A stretch of 59,507 bases of DNA, taken from positions 1 through 59,507 of IMG/VR virus record IMGVR_UViG_3300022690_002018, one strand, 5' to 3'. The notes beneath the pieces are model-generated. The model made no database searches and was not told where the DNA came from. It was given only the letters and a program-made list of their open reading frames with translations. A program made the position numbers and the translations under genes. Numbering within the stretch: position 1 is the first letter of the stretch; every line of letters begins with the position of its first letter. The stretch comes from a virus. Taxonomy: Duplodnaviria; Caudoviricetes. This document shows positions 8,346 to 17,311 of this stretch, one piece after another.

Positions 8346-8400
8346 TTTTTTAGGGACTTATATACCTGCCTAGCCACAAAAAGCTTGACTAATTTTTACT

Positions 8401-9273
8401 CTATTTATTTTTAATAGTTTTCGGTTTTACAGGTGCATTTAATTGTAATATTTTATTCAGATACGGTAAGGCTTTTTTATCTCGTTTTGTAAAATATTTT
8501 GTCGATCTCTCAGGCATCCATATCTTAGCTACATGTTCTCTAAAAGCATGTAAATATTTTGCAGGATACATCTTAGCTTCTACTTCTCTTCCATCTTCAT
8601 ATTTATGCCAATAAGTAGGCATTTCGTCAGTATTAACGCCCTGATCCCTTAACCACTGCGCAAATATTAATCCTTGAGATATATCAGGAACCATATTACT
8701 AGGGAGGGTATACCCTTGTTGCTCTAAAGGAGCAATTAATACTAAAGTCATTTCTTGTAAGACAGAAAAATGATCTGCTGGGATGCGTCTCATATTTAGC
8801 ATATATCGTTTTAAATGGTATGGTAGCTCACTTTTTGGTGTTTTCCCCGAAAGCCAATCAAATACCCATTTAGAAACAGCTACAGCAAATTTTGGAGAGG
8901 CCCATTGTCCAAGATTCATAGCTACTTGGGGATGAACCCATGTTCCTTGAAGATTTGGTACTCCACCCTTAATAACATGAACTAATCCCGAAACGCGTAT
9001 ACGCGTTTCGGAAGATAGTTCCTCTAAAAACGCCTTTGTTGCAGGAAGTCTATACCAATTGTTGAACACCCTATTGCACGCTCTACACATAGCCGTAGCA
9101 TTTACATAGCCATCCTGAATTCTTTGGTAGATTATCTCACCTTCTTCTATGTGCTTAATAAGCGGGAATTCTAATTCTTGTTGCATATCTTCTTTCTCTA
9201 TAGGAGATACGACAGCTTTTGTCAATTCTTCTAAGCTAGCCTTTATTGGTTTTATGGTTCTATCTTTAGCCAT
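8401..9273 (-). CDS. KilA-N domain DNA-binding protein (IS passenger)
   Basis: DGYVNATAMC...QGTWVHPQVAMNLGQWASPKFAV. Confidence 0.92.
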   Translation of the reverse strand: MAKDRTIKPIKASLEELTKAVVSPIEKEDMQQELEFPLIKHIEEGEIIYQRIQDGYVNATAMCRACNRVFNNWYRLPATKAFLEELSSETRIRVSGLVHVIKGGVPNLQGTWVHPQVAMNLGQWASPKFAVAVSKWVFDWLSGKTPKSELPYHLKRYMLNMRRIPADHFSVLQEMTLVLIAPLEQQGYTLPSNMVPDISQGLIFAQWLRDQGVNTDEMPTYWHKYEDGREVEAKMYPAKYLHAFREHVAKIWMPERSTKYFTKRDKKALPYLNKILQLNAPVKPKTIKNK

Positions 9274-10192
9274 TGATTAACTCTTTATAACTGAGATACT
9301 TATTGTCCATTCTTTTAACAGTTGAACTGATAAAATCCATGGTGTTAAGGTGAGCGGTATTATGCCGAAAAGAGAACTCATTTACATAACGATGTAGATG
9401 TTTTTCGCTCATGTGGTGATATATTCCGCAATACCCTCTTTTCAACAACGCCCAAAAGCTTTCGATACCGTTAATGTGTGCTTGATCCCTAACATACTCA
9501 CCTACTGAATGGTTTACTGTTTTGTGTTGGTAGCTATTCATTCCTTTATAGGAAGCAAATTCATCGGTTACAACCGTTGATCCAGCTTTCACATTCGCAT
9601 AGATAAAACCTTGTAATGTTTTTGCCGTTGTATCCTTAATAGGTTTTGCTATTACTGTTCCGTGTTCGTCTAACATTCCAATAACGGGTATTTTCCCTAC
9701 AGGGCCACGGCCTTGATTTAGTTTTTTATCAGCATGCTTGTTCTTTTCTTTACCACCTACGTAAGTTTCATCAACTTGAACATTCGAGCCAGTATCTCCG
9801 CCATTGTTCTTACTGTTGACCCACATTTCACGGATACGTTGAGCTAAAAACCACGCTGATTTTTGAGTAATTCCTAATTCTCTGGCCATTTGTGTGGAGG
9901 GAATGCCCTTGCGAGCTGTTGTCATCATATAGATAGCCATCAACCATTTATGAAGTGGCAATTTAGACGCTTCGAGTATGGTTCCCGTACGCACGCTGAA
10001 ATGCTTTCTACACGTTTTACAACGATAAGCCATTGGTTTATGGTCTTTGCACTCTGATATATGGACGCTTCCACAATGGCCACAAATGGGATTGCTATTC
10101 CAAAGTTTTTGTTCAAAATATAGCCGAGCTGCATTTTCATTAGGGAATTGTTGAAAGAATTTGTATAGACTAATGGTTTCCGGTTTTGGCAT
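9266..10192 (-). CDS. IS1595-family DDE transposase
   Basis: Zn ribbon CGHC...CKTC; VQVDETYVGG; VVTDE; HINGIESFWALLKRG; YVNEFSFRHN. Confidence 0.96.
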   Translation of the reverse strand: MPKPETISLYKFFQQFPNENAARLYFEQKLWNSNPICGHCGSVHISECKDHKPMAYRCKTCRKHFSVRTGTILEASKLPLHKWLMAIYMMTTARKGIPSTQMARELGITQKSAWFLAQRIREMWVNSKNNGGDTGSNVQVDETYVGGKEKNKHADKKLNQGRGPVGKIPVIGMLDEHGTVIAKPIKDTTAKTLQGFIYANVKAGSTVVTDEFASYKGMNSYQHKTVNHSVGEYVRDQAHINGIESFWALLKRGYCGIYHHMSEKHLHRYVNEFSFRHNTAHLNTMDFISSTVKRMDNKYLSYKELING

Positions 10193-10282
10193 GTTACTTC
10201 CTTTTGCTATAGAAGTATATTAGCCAATTTTTCAGAATTAGTCAAGCTTTTTGTGGCTAGGCAGGTATATAAGTCCCTTTTT

Positions 10283-11029
10283 TTAATCGTCTACTTCATC
10301 CGCCACACGCCAACTGTGGCCCTCTCGAATAACCCATTGGCCTATGCGCACTTTTAAGCACTCCACTCGTTGTAGATTTCTAGGAGTCCAGATAAAGTTA
10401 CAATACCCATCGTAGTATGAACTGTAAGACCACGTACCCTCGTCAAAGGTTCCGTTCAGCTTTGCTAATTCCTGCATAGTACTTATATCAAAGTCATTTC
10501 TCGTTGGAATCTGAAATGCTTTAGTAGCATCGCCTTTGAGTTTGCTGTTAATTTCTTTCAGACACTCAGCGCAAAGAAAAGCAGTCAGTGTGTACGCAAT
10601 TGGAATCTTTGGATTAAGGGTGTGACACTGAGTGCAAATCGTCACAGTAAGTAGGTCGGGATGCTCATAGATGTTGCCGACCACGTGTCGCTGTTCTTTA
10701 TCAAAACAAACAAGGTCTTCCCCTTCTGAATCTTTAGGAGTATTGAACCATATTCTAATGCTCGTATGATTGGGATCGTAAGAGATTGAACCTCGACGAC
10801 AATAGCATTTTCCTTCATAATTGAATTTAAGATGGTCCACAGTTCTATCGGTAGTAAGAATAAAAACAATATCACTTTCCCATATCTCTTTATCATTGGC
10901 ATCAAACAAACCCGTGTTGGCCATGTAAGGGACATCCTCCTGCTTATAAGCCGTGCCCCACCCCAATGTATATTCCATCTTTTGTGGAATGGGATGCCAA
11001 CATCGCCATTTCAGAGTGTCAATCAGCAT
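10283..11029 (-). CDS. YopX-family protein with Zn finger and C-terminal AFQ domain (paralog 2)
   Basis: TGLFDANDKEIWESDIV...VVGNIYEHPDLL; CTQC/CAEC; KAFQIP...IGQWVIREG. Confidence 0.8.
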   Translation of the reverse strand: MLIDTLKWRCWHPIPQKMEYTLGWGTAYKQEDVPYMANTGLFDANDKEIWESDIVFILTTDRTVDHLKFNYEGKCYCRRGSISYDPNHTSIRIWFNTPKDSEGEDLVCFDKEQRHVVGNIYEHPDLLTVTICTQCHTLNPKIPIAYTLTAFLCAECLKEINSKLKGDATKAFQIPTRNDFDISTMQELAKLNGTFDEGTWSYSSYYDGYCNFIWTPRNLQRVECLKVRIGQWVIREGHSWRVADEVDD

Positions 11030-11270
11030 TGTCTAGTACCTCTCTACACACTTCTTCATGCGATATTGTTTTCTGGGGATGTTTTTCCATTTCTTCGAGT
11101 GCTTTGTCTGCCTGTCTTATATCGTCTATATCCTCGAAACCATCCATTAATTCAAAAAAGTTAGTAATCACATGCTGAGCAAATTCGCTTTCGGATATTT
11201 TATAATGATTGCATATTTTTTGTAAGTCTTCTTCGTCTTCCTCAGAAAGTTCAATCGTTAAGGTCTTCAT
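11019..11270 (-). CDS. RelB/CopG-like RHH antitoxin-like protein
   Basis: KTLTIELSEE...EDIDDIRQADKALEE...KTISHEEV, the typical RelB-like C-terminus. Confidence 0.75.
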   Translation of the reverse strand: MKTLTIELSEEDEEDLQKICNHYKISESEFAQHVITNFFELMDGFEDIDDIRQADKALEEMEKHPQKTISHEEVCREVLDNAD

Positions 11271-11526
11271 CCTTTTTCTCCTTTTTAATAAGTTCATAGT
11301 TTTTTCTAAAAACCTCATCAGCTATAATAGAAACTGTTCCATTATCAAGGATCATCCACTCGGATACCTCAACAAGACCGTCCGATAAAAATATGTGCCA
11401 TTCGTCTATCTCAAATTTTTTAAGATTACTATCCAGTGCCCATTTAAGGAAAAGTGTTGCCTCTCCTTTGGTTCTTTCCTTTGCTTGAAAAGCATTTATG
11501 ATGTGTTTATAGCGGTATTGAGACAT
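11251..11526 (-). CDS. AFQ-domain family protein (paralog 3)
   Basis: YRYKHIINAFQ...FLKWA...SEWMI...DEVFRKNYE. Confidence 0.7.
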   Translation of the reverse strand: MSQYRYKHIINAFQAKERTKGEATLFLKWALDSNLKKFEIDEWHIFLSDGLVEVSEWMILDNGTVSIIADEVFRKNYELIKKEKKDEDLND

Positions 11527-11527
11527 A

Positions 11528-11692
11528 TTATTTATTCCTCTTATCTATGTCGTCCGGTAAATTGTATTTTTCTTTAATCATATCAACGAGAAACTGTCTT
11601 ACTATTTCAGGGTCCATTTTCTTCAAGACTGTTTTTAATGGTTTTGATAAAGTAAGCATGATCGGATTATCAATATCACTTTCAATCGTCAT
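11528..11692 (-). CDS. Small RHH-like protein
   Basis: IMLTLSKPLKTVLKKM... strand-helix pattern; weak. Confidence 0.45.
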   Translation of the reverse strand: MTIESDIDNPIMLTLSKPLKTVLKKMDPEIVRQFLVDMIKEKYNLPDDIDKRNK

Positions 11693-11693
11693 A

Positions 11694-12002
11694 TTATTGT
11701 CCTTTCTTTTCATATTTTGAAAGGATGGTTTTAATCCCTTCCTGCACATAATGCCCCATGGGTACGTTCGTCTTTTTAGATAAGCGTTTGAGTCGTTTTT
11801 TAAGCGACTCAGGAACTCTTATCGTAAGTTTTGATACAGTACCCATAGCTTTTTTCTTAGTGACTACTTCCTTAGCAGCTGCTTCTTCTTTAAGGACTGC
11901 CTTTACCGCTTTAACGGCCTGTCTGCGTGTTACCTTACCCACTCTAGGCGGTCGAAGGATTTTAGTTGCTCTCTCCGTTGTTTTCTTCTTCTTGGTATTC
12001 AT
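11694..12002 (-). CDS. Basic protein with C-terminal RHH domain
   Basis: KLTIRVPESLKKRLKRLSKKTNVPMGHYVQEGI. Confidence 0.78.
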   Translation of the reverse strand: MNTKKKKTTERATKILRPPRVGKVTRRQAVKAVKAVLKEEAAAKEVVTKKKAMGTVSKLTIRVPESLKKRLKRLSKKTNVPMGHYVQEGIKTILSKYEKKGQ

Positions 12003-12480
12003 AGTTATTCTCCTTTTTAAGATGTAGTATATTAATAATTTCACTCTGTAAAATATCCAGTATAAAATGCAATAATGACATTCCCTTTTTGTCAGCGGCT
12101 TTTTCTAAGAAAAATTTAAACTTCGTATTCATCTCTACAGATAACTTTTCAATTTCAATAAGCTGAGGTGTGGCATCTGAAAAACTGATTCGGTGCATTG
12201 GGTGGCAATCCAGCTTATAATCTTCTCGGTAAACTTTCTGAAAATAAGTATGTGTCATTTTTTTAAAATGTGTAAGAAGGTCTCCGTATTCCATTTCCTG
12301 TTTATACGCTACAATCCAATCTCCAGGGAAAACCTTAACAGTCCCTTCTATAACAACGTTGGTAAGATTTACTTCAAAACCTTCTAGGCCCACCTTTTGT
12401 GCCCATTCTATAAAGGGTACGAGATCAAAATTATCTTCCGGTGGAATTTGAAACGCTTCAACAACTTCTATATATTTCAT
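11962..12480 (-). CDS. AFQ domain (paralog 4) fused to an RHH-like domain
   Basis: VVEAFQIPP...FIEWA...PGDWIV...FQKVY, then KLSVEMNTKFKFFLEKAADKKGMSLLHFI. Confidence 0.72.
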   Translation of the reverse strand: MKYIEVVEAFQIPPEDNFDLVPFIEWAQKVGLEGFEVNLTNVVIEGTVKVFPGDWIVAYKQEMEYGDLLTHFKKMTHTYFQKVYREDYKLDCHPMHRISFSDATPQLIEIEKLSVEMNTKFKFFLEKAADKKGMSLLHFILDILQSEIINILHLKKENNYEYQEEENNGESN

Positions 12481-12665
12481 TCATCCTCCAACAATCCCGC
12501 CACTTTAGCCTTGGGGTAATTTTCATATTCATCAATGTAATTATTAATAACTTCCAATATACATTCTTTATAATTTAACCCCTTAAGCTGACCACTATAC
12601 TTATCTGCAATTAATTTTATTCTCTTTAAAAGCAGTAAAGGAATGGGTATATTAACATCGGGCAT
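12477..12665 (-). CDS. Small RHH-like protein
   Basis: VNIPIPLLLLKRIKLIA...CILEVINNYIDEYE. Confidence 0.55.
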   Translation of the reverse strand: MPDVNIPIPLLLLKRIKLIADKYSGQLKGLNYKECILEVINNYIDEYENYPKAKVAGLLEDE

Positions 12666-13162
12666 TACTCATCGCCCTCACCTTCATTTTTTTCTTTCGC
12701 TAATAATACTGTTCTTACTACGGGTTTGTCGGCTCTATCCGGTTCGTCCTCTTTCTCTCCCTCCTCGTCTTCAAGAAGTGAACGTTTATACGTATTAAAA
12801 TCATCTAACGGTTCAAAAAAATCATACAATTCATCGATTCCGTTACTCAAAATAGTGAACATCAATTCAGGAACCGTCAAATTCATTTTACGAGCTCGCG
12901 TTTCTAAGTGCTGTGCAAGATTATTATTATAAGGAATTTCTGTTATTAGTATTCCACAAATAGTTAATGTGCGTTTTAATTCCTCTTTTTCTAGTATTTT
13001 TTCAAGTTTTTCAGTTAATGTTTCGATTGAATCGCTGTCGGTAGCACATTCCTCTTTTTTAATATGAAGGTCCGAGTAACAAACAATTTGATCCGGCTCT
13101 TTTTTTTCACCTAGATTTGATAGTTTAGCTGCCCGTAAGGGGGTTTTTTCTATTTCATTCAT
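12665..13162 (-). CDS. Acidic protein with possible RHH-like core
   Basis: LAQHLETRARKMNLTVPELMFTIL...LLEDE; shares LLEDE with the downstream gene. Confidence 0.55.
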   Translation of the reverse strand: MNEIEKTPLRAAKLSNLGEKKEPDQIVCYSDLHIKKEECATDSDSIETLTEKLEKILEKEELKRTLTICGILITEIPYNNNLAQHLETRARKMNLTVPELMFTILSNGIDELYDFFEPLDDFNTYKRSLLEDEEGEKEDEPDRADKPVVRTVLLAKEKNEGEGDE

Positions 13163-13184
13163 TCTATATTACTCCCGTAATGCT

Positions 13185-13421
13185 TCATTCAGATAGATAT
13201 TCAACGGTTAACCAGAAACCCAAAAAAAAAGCAATAGTCATTAGTAAAAACCCCCCTAGCCACCAGGGGTTTACGCGCAGAACATCTGAAAATTTAACAA
13301 CAACCCATCCAAGGAAGGTCATAATGGCTACAGCCAACAGGCTACAAAAAAAGGCTTTACTGAAGTTTTTTACAAGTTCTTTGCGTGTCATTTTTTTTTG
13401 CATCCCTTTTTTTTGCAGCAA
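13185..13421 (-). CDS. Small two-TM membrane protein
   Basis: Two hydrophobic stretches; first gene after the leftward promoter. Confidence 0.6.
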   Translation of the reverse strand: MLQKKGMQKKMTRKELVKNFSKAFFCSLLAVAIMTFLGWVVVKFSDVLRVNPWWLGGFLLMTIAFFLGFWLTVEYLSE

Positions 13422-13430
13422 CCCATTGAT

Positions 13431-13612
13431 AGTATGGCACTAAGGAATAATTGTCAACAACCTTTTACAAGTCACTCCTAGCTACCCCCCTAGCTTGCAA
13501 CCTAGCTACTTTGACCATTGAAAACAAAGGACTTTTTCTTATAATTAGCCAGTCCTTTTTAAAGCACTAGCTTATAAAAGATTGTTGACAATTATTACTT
13601 ACCTGCCATACT
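13431..13612. promoter_or_regulatory. Divergent pair of near-identical promoters (inverted duplication) with operators
   Basis: 13431-13472 is an imperfect inverted copy of 13569-13612; each has TTGACA...TGCCATACT and an operator-like 16-mer (13453-13468, 13574-13589). Confidence 0.7.
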
Positions 13613-13640
13613 GAGACCGGAATTAAGCTAAAAGGAGATT

Positions 13641-14003
13641 GTGATGAAGGCTCAAAAAACAGAAGACCTAGAAGATATAGAAGGCACAACAGGCAGCGGG
13701 AATGTTTTTAAGGACATGGGTTTCCCAGATGCTGATGAACGCTTAGCCAAAGCAAGATTAGCTATGCGCATTAACGGCATTCTTGAACAAAGAAAATTGA
13801 GCAAAGTCAAAGCGGCAAAAACTCTTGAAATAAACCAGACACAATTATTCGATTTAATGAACGGCAGGTTAAGTGGCTTTCCTATGAAAAGACTGCTTCA
13901 TTTCTTAAGGCGACTAAATCAAGATATAGACATGAAGATTAGCATTAAAGCTAGGCGTGGCCGACCAACGACGCACGGTAAGTTAGAAGCAACGATTAAC
14001 TGA
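13641..14003 (+). CDS. HTH_37/HigA-like XRE antitoxin-type regulator (orphan)
   Basis: GSGNVFKDMGFPDADERLAKARLA...LMNGRLSGF...RLLHFL. Confidence 0.88.
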   Translation: MMKAQKTEDLEDIEGTTGSGNVFKDMGFPDADERLAKARLAMRINGILEQRKLSKVKAAKTLEINQTQLFDLMNGRLSGFPMKRLLHFLRRLNQDIDMKISIKARRGRPTTHGKLEATIN

Positions 14004-14019
14004 GACACTACCCTATTTT

Positions 14020-16335
14020 TCATGATTTCTTTAACGCAATCCCTCGAACGCACCGAGTTATTTTCCCGTGGTCTCGTCGAGACACATTAAAATCAAGTCC
14101 TGGAAAATAGGTTGTCATGGAGTAACTGAAACTCTTACGACTTTTCACCTTCGTCATGCCACTGGCCAAAGACCAAGACACATACTTATCGTATAGTTCT
14201 TCCTTGCTGGTCATTGCGTCCCCCTTCAGCTCACAGCACTCATCAAAAAATGCCCTAAGCGGTTGTGTCCAGTTTTGCAACAGCTTCTTATGCTCTAAGC
14301 TACTGGGTGCTTCCATAATGCGCTGCTGATCCCACACACGCTTTAAACCGGCTAATATCCAATTAAATATACCACTCAACTCTGTTTTTAAACGGTTTAA
14401 CAGATTCACGTCTTCTTTGCCGAGAAAGCTTTTACCGAACGGAAAAACAACGAAGCGAGTGGCCAACGCCCCCGAGTGGTCAAAGAGATTAGGAAACTCA
14501 TTGCACACAATGTTAATTTTTTGCGTTCCTTCAATGATAAGATCGCTTTTGTATTTGCGTGAGATATCAATGCTGTCCCCTCCGCTGATGGTTTTGAGCA
14601 CATCCACAACACGGGCCGCCTTACGGCTATCCGTGGCACGCGCTTCAGGAATCAGAATAATGTATTTATTAACGATACCGGCCAGTCCAAAGTGCTCCGA
14701 CGGTTTATCAAGGGAGACGGTACAGCTTAACCCTTTAGTGACGCACTCTTGCAGTATCCTTATGATGATGGATTTACCGGCTCGTGGTGCACCCACAAAC
14801 ACACCAATCTTTTGTAGGAAGTTACCCTTGAGCAAACAATACCCCATCCATTGTTGAAGTTGAAATATTAATGCATCGTCGTTTTCCCATATGGATCGTA
14901 AGAATCCCAACCACCTAGGACACTCGGCTTGAATGTTTAAATCAAATATTCCTACGTCGTAACAAAATAAGCTAGCACAATAAGTTATGAAGCAATTTTC
15001 ATTCTTAACATAGGCTTCTGGCAAAAATAGACCATTCTGTAGAGGAATTGCCGAGGTGTTAAAGTGGGTGACAAAAAACTCAGGCTGATTATAGGATAAA
15101 ATACAAGGATTAATTAAATTGACTTGTTTAATGTACTTATATAAACCTTTAAGTCCTAGTTCAATTGTGGTCTGCTTAATGTCGTGATGTTGTAATTGCC
15201 GTTGATAGCGGGTTTTTAATAGCTCCCACGGCAACATTATCCATTTCGCTAATGAAGAACTGAACGAGTAACAGTTATCTTTATCGTCCATTAATAGACC
15301 TTCGGGATAATTTTGATTAAGAAAACAAGAATTATTTAAGGTGGTGTCTTTATCAGTATAGGGAATCACCACGGGTGGATTATCCACCGGCACTAAAGCG
15401 TGTGAGGTGTTTGGAGACGACGCACCGTCCACTGCTGTAAGCCCTGCCATGGCAGGTAATACGTAACTGGCGGCGTTAAAATTGGCTTGCTTCGCCAAGT
15501 GCATAAGATGGCCTGCGGTAGCCAGTGATTCATTTTGGTCAGTGACCGTTGACCATTTTTGGGCAATCTGTTCTTGTTGCCCTTCGTAGTGTGGGTCTTT
15601 CATGGACCACTCAACAAAATGCGCCAGCATCACCGGATCGCCTCCTGTGGCGTGATGGCAACTGAACATGAGAGTCAACCACTCGTCGTAGTTACTGAAA
15701 TTGATAGGATCAAGTATGTTCAGTAAGGCATTAACGTGTTCAGGACTGTATCTTGTAGTATTGGCGGTTTTTTTAGCACCTGCATAGCGCAATTTTTGTA
15801 CCAGGGCATCGGGCAACGAAGGAAGTGCGGTTAAATCACCCTTGTTATGCCAGGTATAATGCGTGCCGTTTGGGTGCAAACTGCCCGAAATCACTACATA
15901 CGACTTACCACTGTGCAACCAATCCACCCCTGGGAATTCTTTTATCTTTTTTCTTAATCGCACATCTTGAGGTACAGAGGCATAGATATGACAGCCCCCG
16001 CTACCCGTAATAACAGATGGATAGGTATTCAAAAGATCAAAGCCTATTAATTTACAAATGACTTCATAACTGTTAATTCCCTTTTTATAACCCCGTGGAT
16101 CGAAATCAATCACAATCTGCCCTGGCGGGACCACGTAGCCTAAGTTACAACCGGATTTAATCGCTTCGATTAATTCATCAAAAGGATACTGTTTATTTTT
16201 ATACCCTAGATCACGAGGACGTTTGGCAAGTTGGTGATTTTTTTCAGTATGAGGATCAATTAAGGGGAACAAAGAATAATTAGCATTAAAATAGGGTTCA
16301 ATATCTTCTACACGTACTTGTAGTTTATCGGGCAT
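14020..16335 (-). CDS. Bifunctional primase-polymerase / PriCT-2 / D5-like SF3 helicase
   Basis: VIDFDPR, TGSGGCHIY (prim-pol); NYDEWL..FVEWS (PriCT); LQQWMGYCL, GAPRAGKS Walker A. Confidence 0.92.
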   Translation of the reverse strand: MPDKLQVRVEDIEPYFNANYSLFPLIDPHTEKNHQLAKRPRDLGYKNKQYPFDELIEAIKSGCNLGYVVPPGQIVIDFDPRGYKKGINSYEVICKLIGFDLLNTYPSVITGSGGCHIYASVPQDVRLRKKIKEFPGVDWLHSGKSYVVISGSLHPNGTHYTWHNKGDLTALPSLPDALVQKLRYAGAKKTANTTRYSPEHVNALLNILDPINFSNYDEWLTLMFSCHHATGGDPVMLAHFVEWSMKDPHYEGQQEQIAQKWSTVTDQNESLATAGHLMHLAKQANFNAASYVLPAMAGLTAVDGASSPNTSHALVPVDNPPVVIPYTDKDTTLNNSCFLNQNYPEGLLMDDKDNCYSFSSSLAKWIMLPWELLKTRYQRQLQHHDIKQTTIELGLKGLYKYIKQVNLINPCILSYNQPEFFVTHFNTSAIPLQNGLFLPEAYVKNENCFITYCASLFCYDVGIFDLNIQAECPRWLGFLRSIWENDDALIFQLQQWMGYCLLKGNFLQKIGVFVGAPRAGKSIIIRILQECVTKGLSCTVSLDKPSEHFGLAGIVNKYIILIPEARATDSRKAARVVDVLKTISGGDSIDISRKYKSDLIIEGTQKINIVCNEFPNLFDHSGALATRFVVFPFGKSFLGKEDVNLLNRLKTELSGIFNWILAGLKRVWDQQRIMEAPSSLEHKKLLQNWTQPLRAFFDECCELKGDAMTSKEELYDKYVSWSLASGMTKVKSRKSFSYSMTTYFPGLDFNVSRRDHGKITRCVRGIALKKS

Positions 16336-16595
16336 CGTCGCCTACGTTCCTTGTTAAACCGTAAATAACTTAAAGGGGGGTTCAAGGCTAGAGACTTACG
16401 AATATGTTGTCAACAATTACAAACGGGGATGAGAGAGCAGGACGCTACAAGGAAGATAGGATACATAAATGCTGAACAATAAAACATCTAATAAAAAACC
16501 TGCTCTCCATACCATTCCAACACGGATTGATGTACTTGTCAATACTATTAAGTTTCATTGTTTCACTTAGTGAAGCTGTCGTGAAACTTTTGAAT

Positions 16596-16634
16596 GTAAA
16601 AAACTCTTGACATCTGTTCCAAAAGAGCCATACT
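16596..16634 (+). promoter_or_regulatory. Promoter plus operator for the replication operon
   Basis: GTAAAAAACTCTTGAC at 16596-16611; TTGACA-16-CATACT; leader AAAAACAAGGAG as at 5161 and 5744. Confidence 0.7.
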
Positions 16635-16659
16635 GAAATAGACTCAAAAACAAGGAGAG

Positions 16660-17070
16660 TTGGAAATGAATGACAAAACAATTGTAATCGATAACCCCAC
16701 TATAGAAATAGGTGGAGAAATTATAAAGATTGAAGGCTGTGAACTTGATTCTACCTTTCTACCCCATTTAAATGATAGAGCCATTATAAATATTGAATTA
16801 GCATTCGATCTTTTCGATGTAGCACATGTTTCAGAAGACATAATTTTGTGCATAGAACGTTATATCAAAGAAAAAAAACGCCCAAACGCTTTCTTATATT
16901 CTATGTTAAGCAATAATTTATATCAGGCATATTGCTCTGCCAATGGGAAACAGTTATTTGCTATTCCCGCTATTCTTCACTATCTCGCAACAAAGGTGTC
17001 CGAGGAATATTGGGGATCACCAGAGAAAGTAGAAAAATGGTTACACGAAGGGCCAGAAGATGGAAAATAA
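16660..17070 (+). CDS. Conserved phage hypothetical protein
   Basis: FLYSMLSNNL..A...YWGSPEKVEKWL motif. Confidence 0.7.
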   Translation: MEMNDKTIVIDNPTIEIGGEIIKIEGCELDSTFLPHLNDRAIINIELAFDLFDVAHVSEDIILCIERYIKEKKRPNAFLYSMLSNNLYQAYCSANGKQLFAIPAILHYLATKVSEEYWGSPEKVEKWLHEGPEDGK

Positions 17071-17296
17071 GGTAACAAAAAATAGGGTTCACAAACCGCA
17101 ATTTGATCGTAAGTACATCACTGGGTTACTTCAGGATATGGAAGGTATGTGTATGCTAATACAATCAATTATTGAGAGTACTCAATTTCGGTCTTCATCC
17201 TCAGAAAATAAAGACAAAATACTTACTAAATACTGCGTTCAATTTACCTATTTAGCAGAAAGAATTGACCACACACTACTTAACTTGTTAACTTGA
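17060..17296 (+). CDS. Hypothetical protein
   Basis: Translationally coupled ORF. Confidence 0.55.
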   Translation: MENKVTKNRVHKPQFDRKYITGLLQDMEGMCMLIQSIIESTQFRSSSSENKDKILTKYCVQFTYLAERIDHTLLNLLT

Positions 17297-17311
17297 TAGT
17301 GAAGTTAGACT

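Larger units (their letters stand above)
8353..10277 (-). mobile_element. IS1595-family insertion sequence with KilA-N passenger gene
   Basis: Perfect 42-bp terminal IRs (8353-8394 / 10236-10277); 8-bp target duplication TTTTTTTA (8345-8352 / 10278-10285); IS1595 transposase inside. Confidence 0.95.
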
